Shown: piece by piece, positions 25,664-37,780 of the stretch
Layout: each line of letters begins with the position of its first letter
How positions within the stretch are numbered: position 1 is the first letter of the stretch
Assembly (NCBI RefSeq): GCF_026210795.1
Contig: NC_089429.1
Coordinates: 62,001 to 126,000, forward strand
DNA from: Rhizophagus irregularis
Taxonomy: Eukaryota
Direction: 5' to 3'
Length of the DNA stretch: 64,000 nucleotides
The notes under the pieces: generated by a model
Database searches by the model: none
Seen by the model: only the letters and a program-made list of their open reading frames with translations
Told to the model about the DNA's origin: nothing
Translations under genes and position numbers: made by a program

Positions 25664-27794
25664 TTAAATAGAAGAAGCTGAATCAGCTTGTTCTAGGGGA
25701 GCACCACCAATGGAGCTAATGAATTGTTTGATATGACCAGTAAGTTGGTCCAATTTACTTTCAATAACGACTCTACTATTTTTGAGATCATTAATTTCTT
25801 CTTGCGTGGAGGAGATAGGGGTAAAGGGAGGAGCATTTGGAGAAAGGTGAGAAGAAGGAAGTGATGTGTCAGGAATAGTAGTGAATGTAGGCGAAGGTCG
25901 CGTTAAAATGCTTTTGGGGGGCAGTAAAGATTTAGCGGAAGACTGAATATTAAGCGGAACATGAGTTACAGGGGCATCTTCTTGCATGAGGTCCGGTTCA
26001 GGTTCATTGGGCACAGGAAGTGGATCGAGGCCAAGGTGTGATTCAATACGAGTCATCCGTTGGTCAGCAAGTTCAAGAGCGGAGATGCGTTTGTGAAAGT
26101 TGGCAACTTCACATTGTAAATCTCGCAAAAGGTTTAAAATGTTATTAGCATCATCAGGAGATAATGCAGAGTTAGGAGTTTGTCGGGGTAAGGGACGTGC
26201 TGTAGAACGAGAGGAGGAAGAAAAGGAGACAGATCGTTCTTTACTATTATGGCGGGCACGTTGAGAAGTATTGGGAGGGGGTTTGTTATGATTACTATTA
26301 TCATTATTAGTGCGGTCATGGGAAGCGTTATTGGCTCGTCCAGAATTGGGAGCAGATCGATCTTTAGATTTGGAGCGAGATCGAGAGCGAGAACGTGCAT
26401 TGGCAATATTAGAATTGGAGCGGAGGTTGATTAACATTGAATCGTTCTTTGAGTTTTGCAACAGGGTCGCGAGTGCGGCTTCTACCTCTGGTTTGTTTGA
26501 GTGGGCAAAAATTAGGAGCACAACCTAGTTTGCCACATCTGCGACAAAGTTTATTAGTATTATCGGGGGAGGACCAGAAAAGCACTTTGCCTTGGAAGCT
26601 AACAGTCTGTTCCATAGCAGCATCCATGGTTTCTTGGGAGTTGAAGGTGACATAAGCCCATCTTTTGGGTTTGTAGGAATTTAAAGAAAGAGGAACATTG
26701 ACAGCTTTTGCACCAAGTTCGCGTGTAAGAGGAGCCAAGTTGATATCCTTAACATTGGGAGGAAGTTGAGTGAGGGTGGCAACGTATTGATGGCGCGCAG
26801 CCTTTTGATCCACAGTATAGAAACATGGAGTTATTCGGAGACAGGTGGAGAAACAGTAAACAGCCCATTGGTCAGTAAAACGAGCAATTGAATCGGCGTG
26901 ATCATACACAATACGGGTTTGCTGGACTTTAGCATTAGGCCTGGAGAAGAGGCGACAAGAGGTAATATTACCAAATTTTTTGAAATAGGCCATGAGGTTG
27001 TCTTTTTTAATGAAGAAAGGGATATCGGTAACTTGGATAGCCCGGAGATCTTCATTGGATCGGAGTTGGCGAGGATCATGTGCATGAAAGATTAAGTCAG
27101 GGAACTCAGGATGGGTGGAACCAACGCACAAATCGCGTGCTTCAGCTGTATGGAAGTGGATAACGAGGCGTTTAGCCTCACCAGAACCTGTCATACGAGC
27201 TTTTCCAGTGAATGACTCGTACGTTTCTAAGAAAAGGTTATTCACAGCCTCAATAAGGGCTTTATTGGTAGGGAATTTCTTGAGTGATTCGGGGGCAGCA
27301 TTCGGCGCAGCCGCAGCCTGAAAATCATCTCTGGTTATGGCAAAGGTCACCACTGGATCTGGGGTTTCGATCGCCATCAGGAGCACCATTAGTATCCAAA
27401 TTGGGCGACGCGTTAGGGGGTTGTTGCAAGTCTTTGTTTGAATTGGCTACGCATGCATGGACGCGTCCACATTTCCAGAAGACGCGACGTGACCGGGCGC
27501 AGTTGGCGCAGCAGATTTTTTCGGGGAGGAGGTCAAAGTATTTTCGCCAGAGATATTTTGTTGAGGAGAAGAGGAAAATCCATCTACTCCAACGTCAGCC
27601 GTCTGGTCATCGGCAACGTAGTCTTCTTCCATAGAATTATCGGTAATTGTGCGATTACGTTTCTGCTGGACAGTGTTTTCGCCATCAGAGCTTGAGTTAT
27701 CAGAGTTATTGTTATTTTTTCGTTCTTGACGGGAAGTTTTCCTACTGTTAGGGTTATGACTTCCACGGCCTCTCTTGGCATAGTTACCAGACAT
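25664..27794 (-). pseudogene. LINE-A ORF1 (RRM-like domains, Cys knuckle, RS-rich linker, coiled coil), broken into three ORFs
   Basis: IQVTDIPFF..FKKFGNI and WAYVTFNSQE (RRM-like), CRRCGKLGCAPNFC, RSRSRSRS; ORFs 27447-27794, 26409-27389 and 25664-26521. Confidence 0.85.
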
Positions 27795-28219
27795 AGTAGA
27801 GGGCTTTGAGTTGGGAATATATAAAATATAAAATTTTATTAGTAGCTTGTATTATTTTTTTAAAAATAATAAAAAAAAATATTTTTCGTCGGAAATTTTC
27901 GTTGTTGAAAAATTCAGGAGAGAGTTACTGGTCAAAAACCAATATATCGGGTAGCAGATATGTATCAGATATGTACCCGATATGTGTAGTATTAATGCAG
28001 AAAATCGGGTACCCGATATGTGTAAGATATATGTAAATATATATATCATATACATATCGGGTACCGATATGTATATGATATGTAAATGATATGTAGACGA
28101 TATATATATTTACATATATCTTACACATATCGGGTACCCGATTTTCTGCATTAATACTACACATATCGGGTACATATCTGATACATATCTGCTACCCGAT
28201 ATATTGGTTTTTGACCAGT

Positions 28220-28251
28220 ATAAAGATAAAGGCTACTATGCCACGTTTGCC
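28220..28251 (+). mobile_element. 32-bp extreme 5'-truncated LINE-A copy with its own 15-bp TSD
   Basis: ATAAAGATAAAGGCTACTATGCCACGTTTGCC is the reverse complement of 19729-19760; flanked by TGGTTTTTGACCAGT at 28205-28219 and 28252-28266. Confidence 0.85.
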
Positions 28252-29959
28252 TGGTTTTTGACCAGTGTATTACTAATTCTTTTTAACAAATTTTAATAAA
28301 TTCTTTATAATAATTACAGTTATTTGTAATTTAATAGAATCACATTTTTCCAATATGTCTTATTTTATTTTAACTGCGGCTAACACTTCAAATGAGCTTG
28401 CAAAAGTTACAACACTTTTCTTATCTGCAGTTAAAAAACAGCCAAAATTGATGAAATCCTTTCATATAGAAGTTAAGATTTCTGATGAATGATGATAGTA
28501 TTCTATTACGAGTTTGTCTTAACTCCATATTATAGTATGATGTATATCTTTATAACAAATTCAGAACTGAAGTGATTATAATTATAAAGGAATATATTAC
28601 AACCACACAGAAGATAATCCCACCTGAAGAAGATGAACCATCTATAGTAAATTTAAATTGTGAAGATCTTGAAAAAAATAAGGCATATACTTGATGTAAT
28701 AGGACTAATTATCATGATAAATCTCTTTGTGATAAGTTTAATATTTGTATATTCACATAATTGCCATTTTTATCATGACACTTATCAATCTATTAACCTT
28801 TTTGTAGAATATGATTATATTAAGTATATATGTGCAAATCTGAGATTCTTAAGAAGAAATTTGCAATTTTTATTGCACTATAAAACTTATCCTTCAGAAG
28901 CTCTTTACAAAAGATTATGTTGTGTTATTGTGATGGGAAATTATTAGAGAATTGTTCTTTGCATCTTATTTTAATAAAAAGAAAGACAATCACTGTGATA
29001 ATAAGAAATTGTTATAATGAACTAATTTCTGGTCGGTTTTGTTAAAAGTTAAACTATTGAAATTCCACACCATGGCAGTTAATTTTGGCTGGTGAAAGTT
29101 AGCTCAGTTGCATAATAAATATATGCAGACATGCTATACATATGTCTACTTATTGTTTAATAAAGAAGCTTAGGAGGTGATGAAGGAAAAGGTGACAAAT
29201 AATGAGCTAATCTCAAAACTGAATATCTGAAATTATCCCAGGCTGAACTATTTGCTAGTGGGCTGTATGGAGCTAGAAAAATAGCATTTGCAATTAGAGA
29301 AAAGTCAATATATATCAAGCAGTATTAAGAAACTAATAGATTTTGTCAATGAACTAACAAAAGCAATAAAAACTACCAATGATTCTGTTAATGCATTAAC
29401 AAAGAAAGATTTCAGGAAGGATTCAGTTCTCTTATTAAAGCAATCGATAAACTTGCACGTTCAGAGAATTCTTAATCTGCTGTAAGGCAAATTACGTAAT
29501 ATTAATAAAAAAGTTCAATTCAGAAAATTATATTAAAGCATGAATATTATATTTGTATTTTGTAATGGCAATGTATTCGCAAAATTTATTATTTAGTATA
29601 TTAGCATTTAGTAATGAGATATAGCTTTTTTATATAGTTTCGCTATTATATTAATAATTTCTAGTCATGAATATGAATGAAAGGTCTGTGTGATGGTAAA
29701 TTCCAACATAACACTTTTTTTTTACCTGAGCATAATCACCCTATAAAAGCGTTATGTTACAATCTATTAATAAACTGGCAGTCAAGAGTGCGTCATGCTC
29801 AAAAGTTCTATCATACGCAACTTGAATTATAGTTGTTAAATGTTAAAATGAAATGAAAAGGGATATGATTTTTCGTAGATTCATCTCGGCCCAAAAAGAT
29901 AACTTCGAAAACATTGTCAGAATTTCAGAATACAAGAAATATAGGAGTACATCATCAAA

Positions 29960-30240
29960 ATTCAAAATATACAACCTATATGTGATATGCCATTATACAT
30001 ACTATTAATGGAAAGGGTACAATCATTAACTACTCTGATTTGGATGATAATTGCATCTATAATACGAGTAGAACTGAATACTGAATTTCACTAACTGAAG
30101 ACTTCCTCAAAGATGACACAAAATTGTGTAAGAGTGTAAAGAGTGTTTTAGAAGTGATCGTAGGATTATTAAAGGATAGAGCAGTAGGTAGTGAGGAATC
30201 TGCAACTAAGAAGCGCCATGTAGAAGAGATAATTAAGTAA
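29960..30240 (+). pseudogene. 3' remnant of a paralog of the SAM/PD-(D/E)xK (Crinkler-like) gene
   Basis: Translates ..LCKSVKSVLEVIVGLLKDRAVGSEESATKKRHVEEIIK*, matching LRSGVKKVLGVVVG..DRACAEDDSPSKKKARIEE at 9848-9960. Confidence 0.6.
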
Positions 30241-30243
30241 TTG

Positions 30244-30368
30244 TTATCAGTCATGTTGTAGATGATAACTGATTTACCACTAGGATTGCTATGTATATCA
30301 TATGGCCGAAGGCCACATGATAGAGTAGCATCCTAGTGTAAATCAGTTATCATAAACATGACTGATAA
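30244..30368. mobile_element. 125-bp fold-back (MITE-like) element
   Basis: TTATCAGTCATGTT..GATAACTGATTTAC.ACTAGGAT pairs with ATCCTAGT.GTAAATCAGTTATC..AACATGACTGATAA; central GGCCGAAGGCC. Confidence 0.65.
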
Positions 30369-31022
30369 TAAAGTTATTGGATATGTATGACGTAAAGCAA
30401 CTGAGACCTTTTCGCGTATCTTATTTATTATTTTATAATAATGTGATCAAAATTTTGTATATCACTAATTATAAAGTGACCAAAATTTGTGTATCACTAT
30501 TATAAAGTGATCAATAACATACGTGAAAAATGTCCAGTTACATAGAACATATACAATAAGAAATAGGACACTAGCATAGATTCCATAGAAAATTCGTCAC
30601 GTATCGCAGGCTACGTCACAAACTCTGTATTTATTTTTGCATGTATTAATAAAAAAATTTTCTTGGAAAAAGTGATCTGTGTGACAATTTGTCACGCGCA
30701 CATTATTTTTTTATCTATCGTTCATATGTACTAATTCGAACTTTTGAATTATTCCGTCTCGTATAAAAAATATTATTGAATATGTAATCTGAGATTGATT
30801 CGAAGCTCTTAGAAAGAAGTTACTAAAGTTTAAGGCTGTGAATGCGAAATTGAAACATATAAAGAGAATTTTATTGGTTACAATTTTAGCGTAACTCAAT
30901 CAACCAATTTTGAACTAGCCCAATCTTGAAATGGCCTAGTGTACTGATGGATTAAAATAATAAAATGTGGCTTTGTTTTAAGTAATCTATAGTTCACAAT
31001 CTCTAGCAATTTTCTAACGAAA

Positions 31023-32385
31023 ATGTCAAGTACTTACACGGTTACACCGGCTCAGGTGGATCAACTGGATCATCCGACAAAGCAGTTCTGACTTCTGATA
31101 CTATGGCGTAAGTAGTTATAAGTACTGTAACTGGAATTTTCAAAATTTTTTCTTACTTCAGTTACTTTTAGTGATGCCGATGCTGGTGTGGCTCCAAATC
31201 AAACCCTGGTATTAAATTATTATCGAAATTTATGGTGGAAAAGCGGTGAATTTAGTTCGAAAGCAAAGTGGGAGGAAGTAACGTAAGCCTTTTTCCTAAC
31301 TGACATTTTTGAGCTAGTAAATTACAAAACTAATATTTAAATTTTGCATATCAAGACTTCCTTACGTACTTGTCGATAATGTCTCTTTACGCGAATATGA
31401 ACTTCGCACCGACAAATTCAACATACGTGGTGTGTGGGAATGGAAAAATAATAAAGTAATGATTTACGAACTTCCGTCCAAACCACACGAAACTTGTATC
31501 TACGCGATTAATAAGGTCATTAGTCGAGCCTGTACTGCTGTTGATTATACTAATTCCAGAATATTGAATCTAGGAGCAACTCGTAAGCATCAATTATTAA
31601 TTTACTATCTTGTCCTTATTATTATTATTTGTACGGTATAAATCTTTCTTCTTAAGGAACTCACGCCGATGATTCCGGAAAAGAGGCCGATTCTTGTTTT
31701 CGCCCGATGAAAGCACGTGTTCCAGCACCAACTGGAAGTGACGGAGAGGTATTTCTACTTCCCCATTAGTTTTGGATCCCTTAGCATCAAAGTTTTATGT
31801 TTTCGTTATTTCAGAGCGAACCCTGGCCAAACGTCGTAGTAGAAGTTGCGTACACTGAAAGTACAGATCACGTTCTCGAAAAAGTAAAGGAGTACTGGTT
31901 ACCGGATTTAAGTCGTGTTCACGACGTAATAGTAGTTAAAATCGATCCGGTTCCTGATGGAGAAATACCTTTGCGCATGCAAGTAAGTTGTATTAACTAA
32001 ATGTTTCCTTGCTTGTATGTTATCCTAAAGAATTTAACCTATGTAGGCGTGGCATTTTTGTGTAAATGACAGAAGAACGAGGAGTGCACCACCTGAGGCT
32101 CGAACTCATGTAATGTTACAATAGGAACATTTATCCTTTTATCAATCTTTTCAATTAATGTGAATGATTTATTATTAGTTTGAATTTGGCACCTACGACG
32201 GGAACAACCCGCCCAATCAGTTGAACATTGTACCGGGAATGTGCCTAATCAACATCGATTTAAATTGCCTTTATCATGAAGCATACCCGGGTACCCAGAT
32301 TCCCACTCCTCCCACTCTCCCCGATCCCATTGTACTGGATTTCTACCAGGTTCTGGATGAATTTTTATGTGCATATAGAGTATAA
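31023..32385 (+). CDS. Seven-exon Uma2/DUF820-like PD-(D/E)xK endonuclease gene; apparent 8-bp insertion frameshifts exon 1
   Basis: Approximate exons 31023-31107, 31172-31281, 31356-31582, 31657-31748, 31815-31982, 32047-32109 and 32179-32385 with GT-AG introns. Motifs IYELPSKPHE, GKEADSCFRP, PWPNVVVEVAYTES. Confidence 0.75.
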
Positions 32386-32539
32386 TCGAAGCTGAAAGCA
32401 ACCAGGTTATGAATTGATGAATTAATTGGACTAATCATTCTTAGTCATCAAATGCAGTAGTTAATATCTTATAATGTAAAAATATATATTTTTATTGTTA
32501 GAAATCAGTTAATGTAATACAAATGCAAATATAATAAAA

Positions 32540-32850
32540 ACATTGGTCAAGCTCGACTGAGACTCAAATTAAGAATATTGTAAATTTTTCTTTGAGTCTT
32601 CTACAGGCAATACAGATAATGCCAAAAGTGATCAGCATGACCGTACATGACTGAGGTGTCTTAACCGCACTTATTCCTTTAACTCACGTTTCCAATTCTC
32701 TAGATGATTCCCAAATTGAAAGGTCGTAATGAAGGGGATTATTATGGAGATGATGGCATGTATGATGAAGGATGTTATTACAAAGATAAAGGGTATTATT
32801 ATGAAAACGGAAGATGTGAAAGAAAAGTCTTACCAATAGAGTCCGGTCAT
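32540..32850 (+). pseudogene. 3' remnant of a paralog of the 8819-9808 gene
   Basis: DYYGDDGMYDEGCYYKDKGYYYENGRCERK resembles DDGYNGYGGYNEYGECDRGYYY; the segment TTCCTTTAACTCACGTTTCCAATTCT resembles PIPLVNVSNS. Confidence 0.55.
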
Positions 32851-33002
32851 CTCTCTAGTATATATACTTGGGAAATACTCAATAACTGTCACCTGAAATG
32901 CGCAGTACGATATCGGAGAGATTCTTGCCGAAGAATAGGAGCTGTGCGACGTGCGATTTGCATATATATTTCGTTTTTCGGAGTTGATTTGCGTCTATTT
33001 TT

Positions 33003-33225
33003 TGCGTGTCATGTCTCCGGCCACGTTAGTATCATACTAACAAAACAATTCGAATATAGGTAGTTTTTTGGAGCAATCATTATTTTGCATATGGGAATTG
33101 GAGATATCTATGCTAATCATGAAGTCATTTTTATCGATTTGCAAGGGGATTAACGGAATGATGAAATGCAGTGCGTAATTGCTGGTGAAAATTAATCCCG
33201 AAGGGAATGTTTTCTCCTGGACATT
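33003..33225. repeat. Conserved non-coding repeat, copy 3 (inverted relative to copies 1 and 2; upstream of RING pseudogene)
   Basis: Reverse-complement match to 4500-4710, e.g. ATTTTTATCGATTTGCA and GAAATGCAGTGCGTAATTGCT. Confidence 0.8.
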
Positions 33226-33291
33226 TGCCTGGTGCTATAAAAACAGGGCCTTGTATGAAAAATTACATAGCTATTTTTGGAAAATGATACC

Positions 33292-34442
33292 ATGGAGAAC
33301 CAAGAGAGCTCAGCTAATACAGAAGTTCCATTTGATGTGACAGAAATCACTACTGACGATATCAATATGGAGGATTTCTCTACTCAAAGTAGTGATATGA
33401 CCAAGAAGGCGAGTAGTATGAACAAATCTCAAATCACTGCTCTAGCACAGATAATATGATTCGTTCTACTGGCATTCATATTCCGGAGATGAAACCATGC
33501 ATTTTATGTAAACAAAAGTTCATCTCAGCCAATCAAAGAATTTACTATGGCCAGCTGTGGCTGTCTTTACCACCAAAAGTGTCTCGAAGGATATTTCCTG
33601 AATATTGCAAAAAACAAGAGCCAAGCTAATATGTCCAAATTGGGATTGTAAAGGCGGAGTGATCAAAACTCTAATAACTCAAGATCTTTTTAAGGAAATG
33701 GGCAAACCTACATCCTCAACTGTAGATGTCACTAAGCCAGTAGATTCGGAAAATCAAACTCCCATGAATGATGATGTAACACTAATGGACGAACTAGGAT
33801 TATTAGACAGAGAGAAACAAAGTTTGTCCAAGACTGCTGACGTTGTTAAAGAAACTTCTGACCTGGCCCTATTGAGGTTGTTAGCTCTACACCTGGTAAT
33901 TCCAAAAATTTGGATGACTTGATTTCAAAGGAGTCTAGCAAGAAAGTGAAACAGACTAGTGGAAAGAAAGTATTGTCTATGCTAAAAAAACTTATTGATG
34001 AATTATTAACTGATGTACCTGTTCCCACTGCTGGAGAGAGCAAATGATAATGGAGTCAGTATTTTTTTGCAACTCTCCAATAAGATTAATAATGCTGTAA
34101 CTAAAAATGAAGATGTATCTTGAGATTTTATTTACAGCTATTTTGATTTTGGGGAAACTGTATTTAAACGATACAAGGAGTTAAAAGTTAAAACTTGTTC
34201 ATGGTAAAGACGAAGTTCGAGCTTTAGTTAATAGTGAGGTTAGTGAAGAGATTCCTGAGACGAAATGTTCCAATGATGCTTTGCGAAAAAGGATGAAAAG
34301 AGGTTGGAAGATGTACAGGATTTTTAATACTATTGGTAAAGAAAAAATGGCTCAGATCACATCAATTCCCCTGTCATTTATCTTGAATCTAACTCAAGAT
34401 GACATCAATTATATGATTGCTAAAGTTTTAAAACCATCCTGA
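33292..34442 (+). pseudogene. Decayed paralog of the RING gene at 3123-4437
   Basis: KEFTMASCGCLYHQKCLE, CPNWDC, KPVDSENQTPMNDDVTLMDELGLL, SMLKKLIDELLTD, YFDFGE, DALRKRM; stops and frameshifts. Confidence 0.8.
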
Positions 34443-35216
34443 TCAAAAGATTTATCGCACCAATTTGATTTACTAGATTGGGCTCAAATTCAATTAAATT
34501 TAAATCAAATTTTAGATTTGGTTTATAATCTAAATTCATAATCTGATTTATAAAATAGAAAATAGATTTGATTTCAGTACAGTTAACTCCCTCTATAGTC
34601 ACTCCCGTTATAGTCACATTCTACTATATAGTCACACCAGTTGAATGTTCAAAACACTTTATTATTAAAATCTATCCTATATAGTCACAATCTATCTGTA
34701 GTCACTATCACACCTATCCTCAAAAATCTTATATTAAAAAGAACCGTTTATAATCACAGTTATATAAAGAATATATTAAATAACTTGGCATCTAATAATC
34801 GTACAAAGATGTATCATAACTTGTTAGAATCGTTTCACTGAGACGAATCGAATGGTGGTAGTTTTATCCTTTTTCTTTGCAAGTGTTTACGGCCAGACCA
34901 CCCATTGCCTCTTATGAGACTAATCTCGGGTCTGTGTCCTATTATCTTCAATGGGCAACCATTAAACCGAGTACTTAATTCCTCAAGTAACAGCACCACT
35001 ATAGAAGACATCCCCCATTGGGCCATTTTAGGCTGATCTGAAGCTAGGTACACGCCGCCTACTCATCCTATACCCATTGCATGATACTGGTACTCAATTT
35101 ATTTAATGACCTTTAGAGAGCACCTATTTTCATGGAGGATTTTTGACAGGTAACATCAATCATCTAGTACCCTTCCATACCACTATTTTAGGTACTAAGT
35201 CTCACTCAAAGGCCAC

Positions 35217-35416
35217 CACAGGTCGAAATGCTAAAAATCGGCAAAAAAAATGGCGTGAAAAGCAGTGGTTATTCTTGGCTATTCTTGGCTATTCTTGGCT
35301 GTTTTTGGCTATTTACGAATTAACCTATACTATTTGTAAATAGTTTATACAAATTTGCGAATAGTTTATGCGATTTGCGCCATTTTTTTTGCCTATTTTT
35401 GATCATTTGACGTGTG
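35217..35416. mobile_element. 200-bp CMC/CACTA-like MITE with 3-bp TSD CAC
   Basis: TIRs CACAGGTCGAAATGCTAAAAATCGGCAAAAAAAATGGCG and CGCCATTTTTTTTGCCTATTTTTGATCATTTGACGTGTG; absent from the SINE-B copy. Confidence 0.85.
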
Positions 35417-35597
35417 CACTACAGCCCGCGATTACCTAGCACCGATAGTACAGTTGTTTACCCCAAGTGGTATACTTTGTAGTGACCACTCAGACAGGAA
35501 GTAGCAGGCATCTGTCCAGGATCACCCCTTATGGTGGGTATCAACCACTAGGGATCACCAACTAGGACCCAAGGAGTAGGGAATCGAACCCCATAGC

Positions 35598-35952
35598 CAG
35601 GGTTGGGAAATGTAGTACTGTACTGTACCAGTACAGTTAGTACAGTACATACAGTACAGTACTGTACTGAGTTTTTTTAGTACAAGTACATTTTTTTATA
35701 TAAATTACAGAGGTATTTTTAATCATATATACCCTGTTTTAAGTGGTCCAGTGATTAGATTTCAATAAAATTAAGCTTATTAGATTCATCTCAATGAGAG
35801 GAATTTAATAGTATTTATTTTATCATAAATGAATCAAAATAACTTTATTAAATATATGGTATTTAAAATTTTAAGTACAATGTACTAACTGTACTGTACT
35901 GTACTGTACTGTACTGAAATTTTACCTTGTACACCATATTTTCCCAACCCTG
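35598..35952. mobile_element. hAT-type MITE with 8-bp TSD
   Basis: CAGGGTTGGGAAA..TTTCCCAACCCTG; CCCATAGC at 35590-35597 and 35953-35960; (GTACT)n subterminal repeats. Confidence 0.92.
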
Positions 35953-36440
35953 CCCATAGCCATACTACCTGTTCTGTGCACAAACACCTTGATTGGTCTA
36001 AGACCTAACAGAAAGTCTAACTACCACTAAGACATTGCACCCTCAGCTTTACCATCTAGGACGACCATCTAGCCATTACTGACCCCAAGCGGTATTGTAG
36101 AGTGACCACTTGGACAGGAAGTCCCCCTCAAGGTATAGTAGTGACCTCAAGAACAAGACTGCGCACATGCCAATGGCCTCATAGGGAACATTAGAAGGAC
36201 ACCATGACCCTTAGTTGAAATGTGCGGCCTAACCATACACACTAATTCACCATGATGCAGTCCAACTACACTAATCCCTGTACCTTCACGCTATTGGTTG
36301 TAGCGTCTGCAGTAAAATTCTTTTTATTTCCATGGTCATGGGAATCGAACCTGCGACCTCACCATACTCAGGCTTAATGAGGGTCTCAGTGACTAACCAC
36401 CAAGATAGGGTGACCAACCCTACAGTTTTATCCTTTTCCG

Positions 36441-37780
36441 TACAAACAGTCTTGTGACTTTATCTTTTATTTATATTTTAGTTTCGAAAGAATAGTCGAA
36501 CAATATTACAAAAATAAGAAAATAAACTAATAAAAAATAAAAAGAGTAGCTTCACGACTCATACAAGTAAAGAAATCTAAACTAAAATAAATTAAAGCAA
36601 AGAAAAACTAAACTATTACAGAATCGCATACCCCAACTTTACCCGAAGGCCAGTGTGAGTCAACTATCCAACATCCAAAAATCCAGTCCGTTACCAGAAA
36701 GAAACCCTAAGAGGTTGAACTGTTAAGCGGCGCAGAAAATCCAGGTGCGAGATCCACGATCCACCCCGAATTATAGAAGAGGATATCCAAGAAATCCAGG
36801 AATCCTGAGAAACTGTCGCCAAAGAAGAGTTGTGTTTTTGTGGAGAAGTAACGATAGAAGGAGAAGTTGTAGATGGGCCACGTAATTTGGAAGCAGCCGA
36901 GATACCCTGCGACTCTTCCCAAGCATGGAAAAGAACATTCCGGCATAGCCAAATTTCACCATATAATTCGACTTGGAAATCATTAAGGAGAGGAGAAATA
37001 GTCTTGTATATGACAGAGAGAGGAAAGTGTTGGTTTAAGAATGCTGTTAAATGTGCAGGTAACAATCCTCGAGTAAGCCAAAGACAGGACGGAGAAGGAG
37101 CTTCATAGTTCCAACAATCCAAAGCAGAGAATTCGTGTTGGAAAGAAATGTCCAAAGATTTCAAGGACAAGAAAGAAGATAAACAAGAATCTCTGAATTT
37201 AATAACTTCAGAATGATGTATTAAACATGGATTCAGATCAGGTAAAATATAAGGACAAGTCCAGAGATGGTTCAAGTCTTCAGGAGCTGAGTTGCATTGT
37301 GAACAAAGCCAATCGGGAGAATACAAATAGGGTTTGCGTTGTTGTAGAGTAGTTAAGGTAGGCAACATATCCAAAAGGAGTTTAATACGGAAGATCCAGA
37401 ATTCAGGATGACCATTCTTATGTGAAGCAAAACCTTTAATTTGTGAAAGGCAAAAATGTATACCAGCCCAATCAAAAAGTGAAGGAGAACCAAGAGCAGT
37501 AAAACGTGCCAATGAACAGAAAGATAAAAGAGCACGAGCATCAGCTATGGAGCGAAGAAAGTGACGAACATTCATGTCAACAGGCAAAGAATTAAATGAC
37601 AATAAGCATGGAGCATAGCAAAATTCCAAAAGTAAAACAGCAGGCTGTGAAGATGAATGAGCATCTTTGGCCAGAGAATCCGCTTGAACATTGTATATGT
37701 CATCACCATGAGCAGGGACTTTAATCAAATCGACTTTAAGATTTCGATCCATGATAAGTTGTTGAACAAAAAGCCAAAAC
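36441..37780 (-). mobile_element. 5'-truncated LINE-C (sister of LINE-B): end of RNase H, zinc motif and 3' UTR
   Basis: Uninterrupted frame IKVPAHGDD..N..AD, CSQCNSAPEDLNHLWTC, LRRLTVQPLRVSFW*; flanked by AGTTTTATCCTTTTCCG at 36424-36440 and 37781-37797. Confidence 0.88.

Larger units (their letters stand above)
19729..27926 (-). mobile_element. Full-length non-LTR retrotransposon LINE-A (~8.2 kb), no poly(A), 15-bp TSD
   Basis: ACTGGTCAAAAACCA at 19714-19728 and 27927-27941; contains ORF1 and ORF2; 3' end ..TAAAGATAAAGGCTACTATGCCACGTTTGCC. Confidence 0.92.
19713..28267. mobile_element. CACTA/CMC-type palindromic MITE (core 27927-28219) whose two TIRs are both interrupted by LINE-A insertions
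   Basis: Outer ends CACTG..(19713) and ..CAGTG (28267), with 3-bp TSD TAT (19710-19712, 28268-28270). The core has ~120-bp near-perfect inverted arms. Confidence 0.85.
34876..36423 (-). mobile_element. SINE-like element, variant C (tRNA-like head), carrying two nested MITEs
   Basis: Reverse-complement match to 38425-39230 over most of its length; B boxes GGTTCGATTCC; different 3' tail ending ACACTTGCAAA; bounded by AGTTTTATCCTTTT at 34860 and 36424. Confidence 0.8.

Noticed and set aside
28270..29500. Short ORFs in AT-rich DNA (also 18600-19700), possibly a decayed gene
   Set aside because: No identifiable motifs and many stops; a call cannot be supported.
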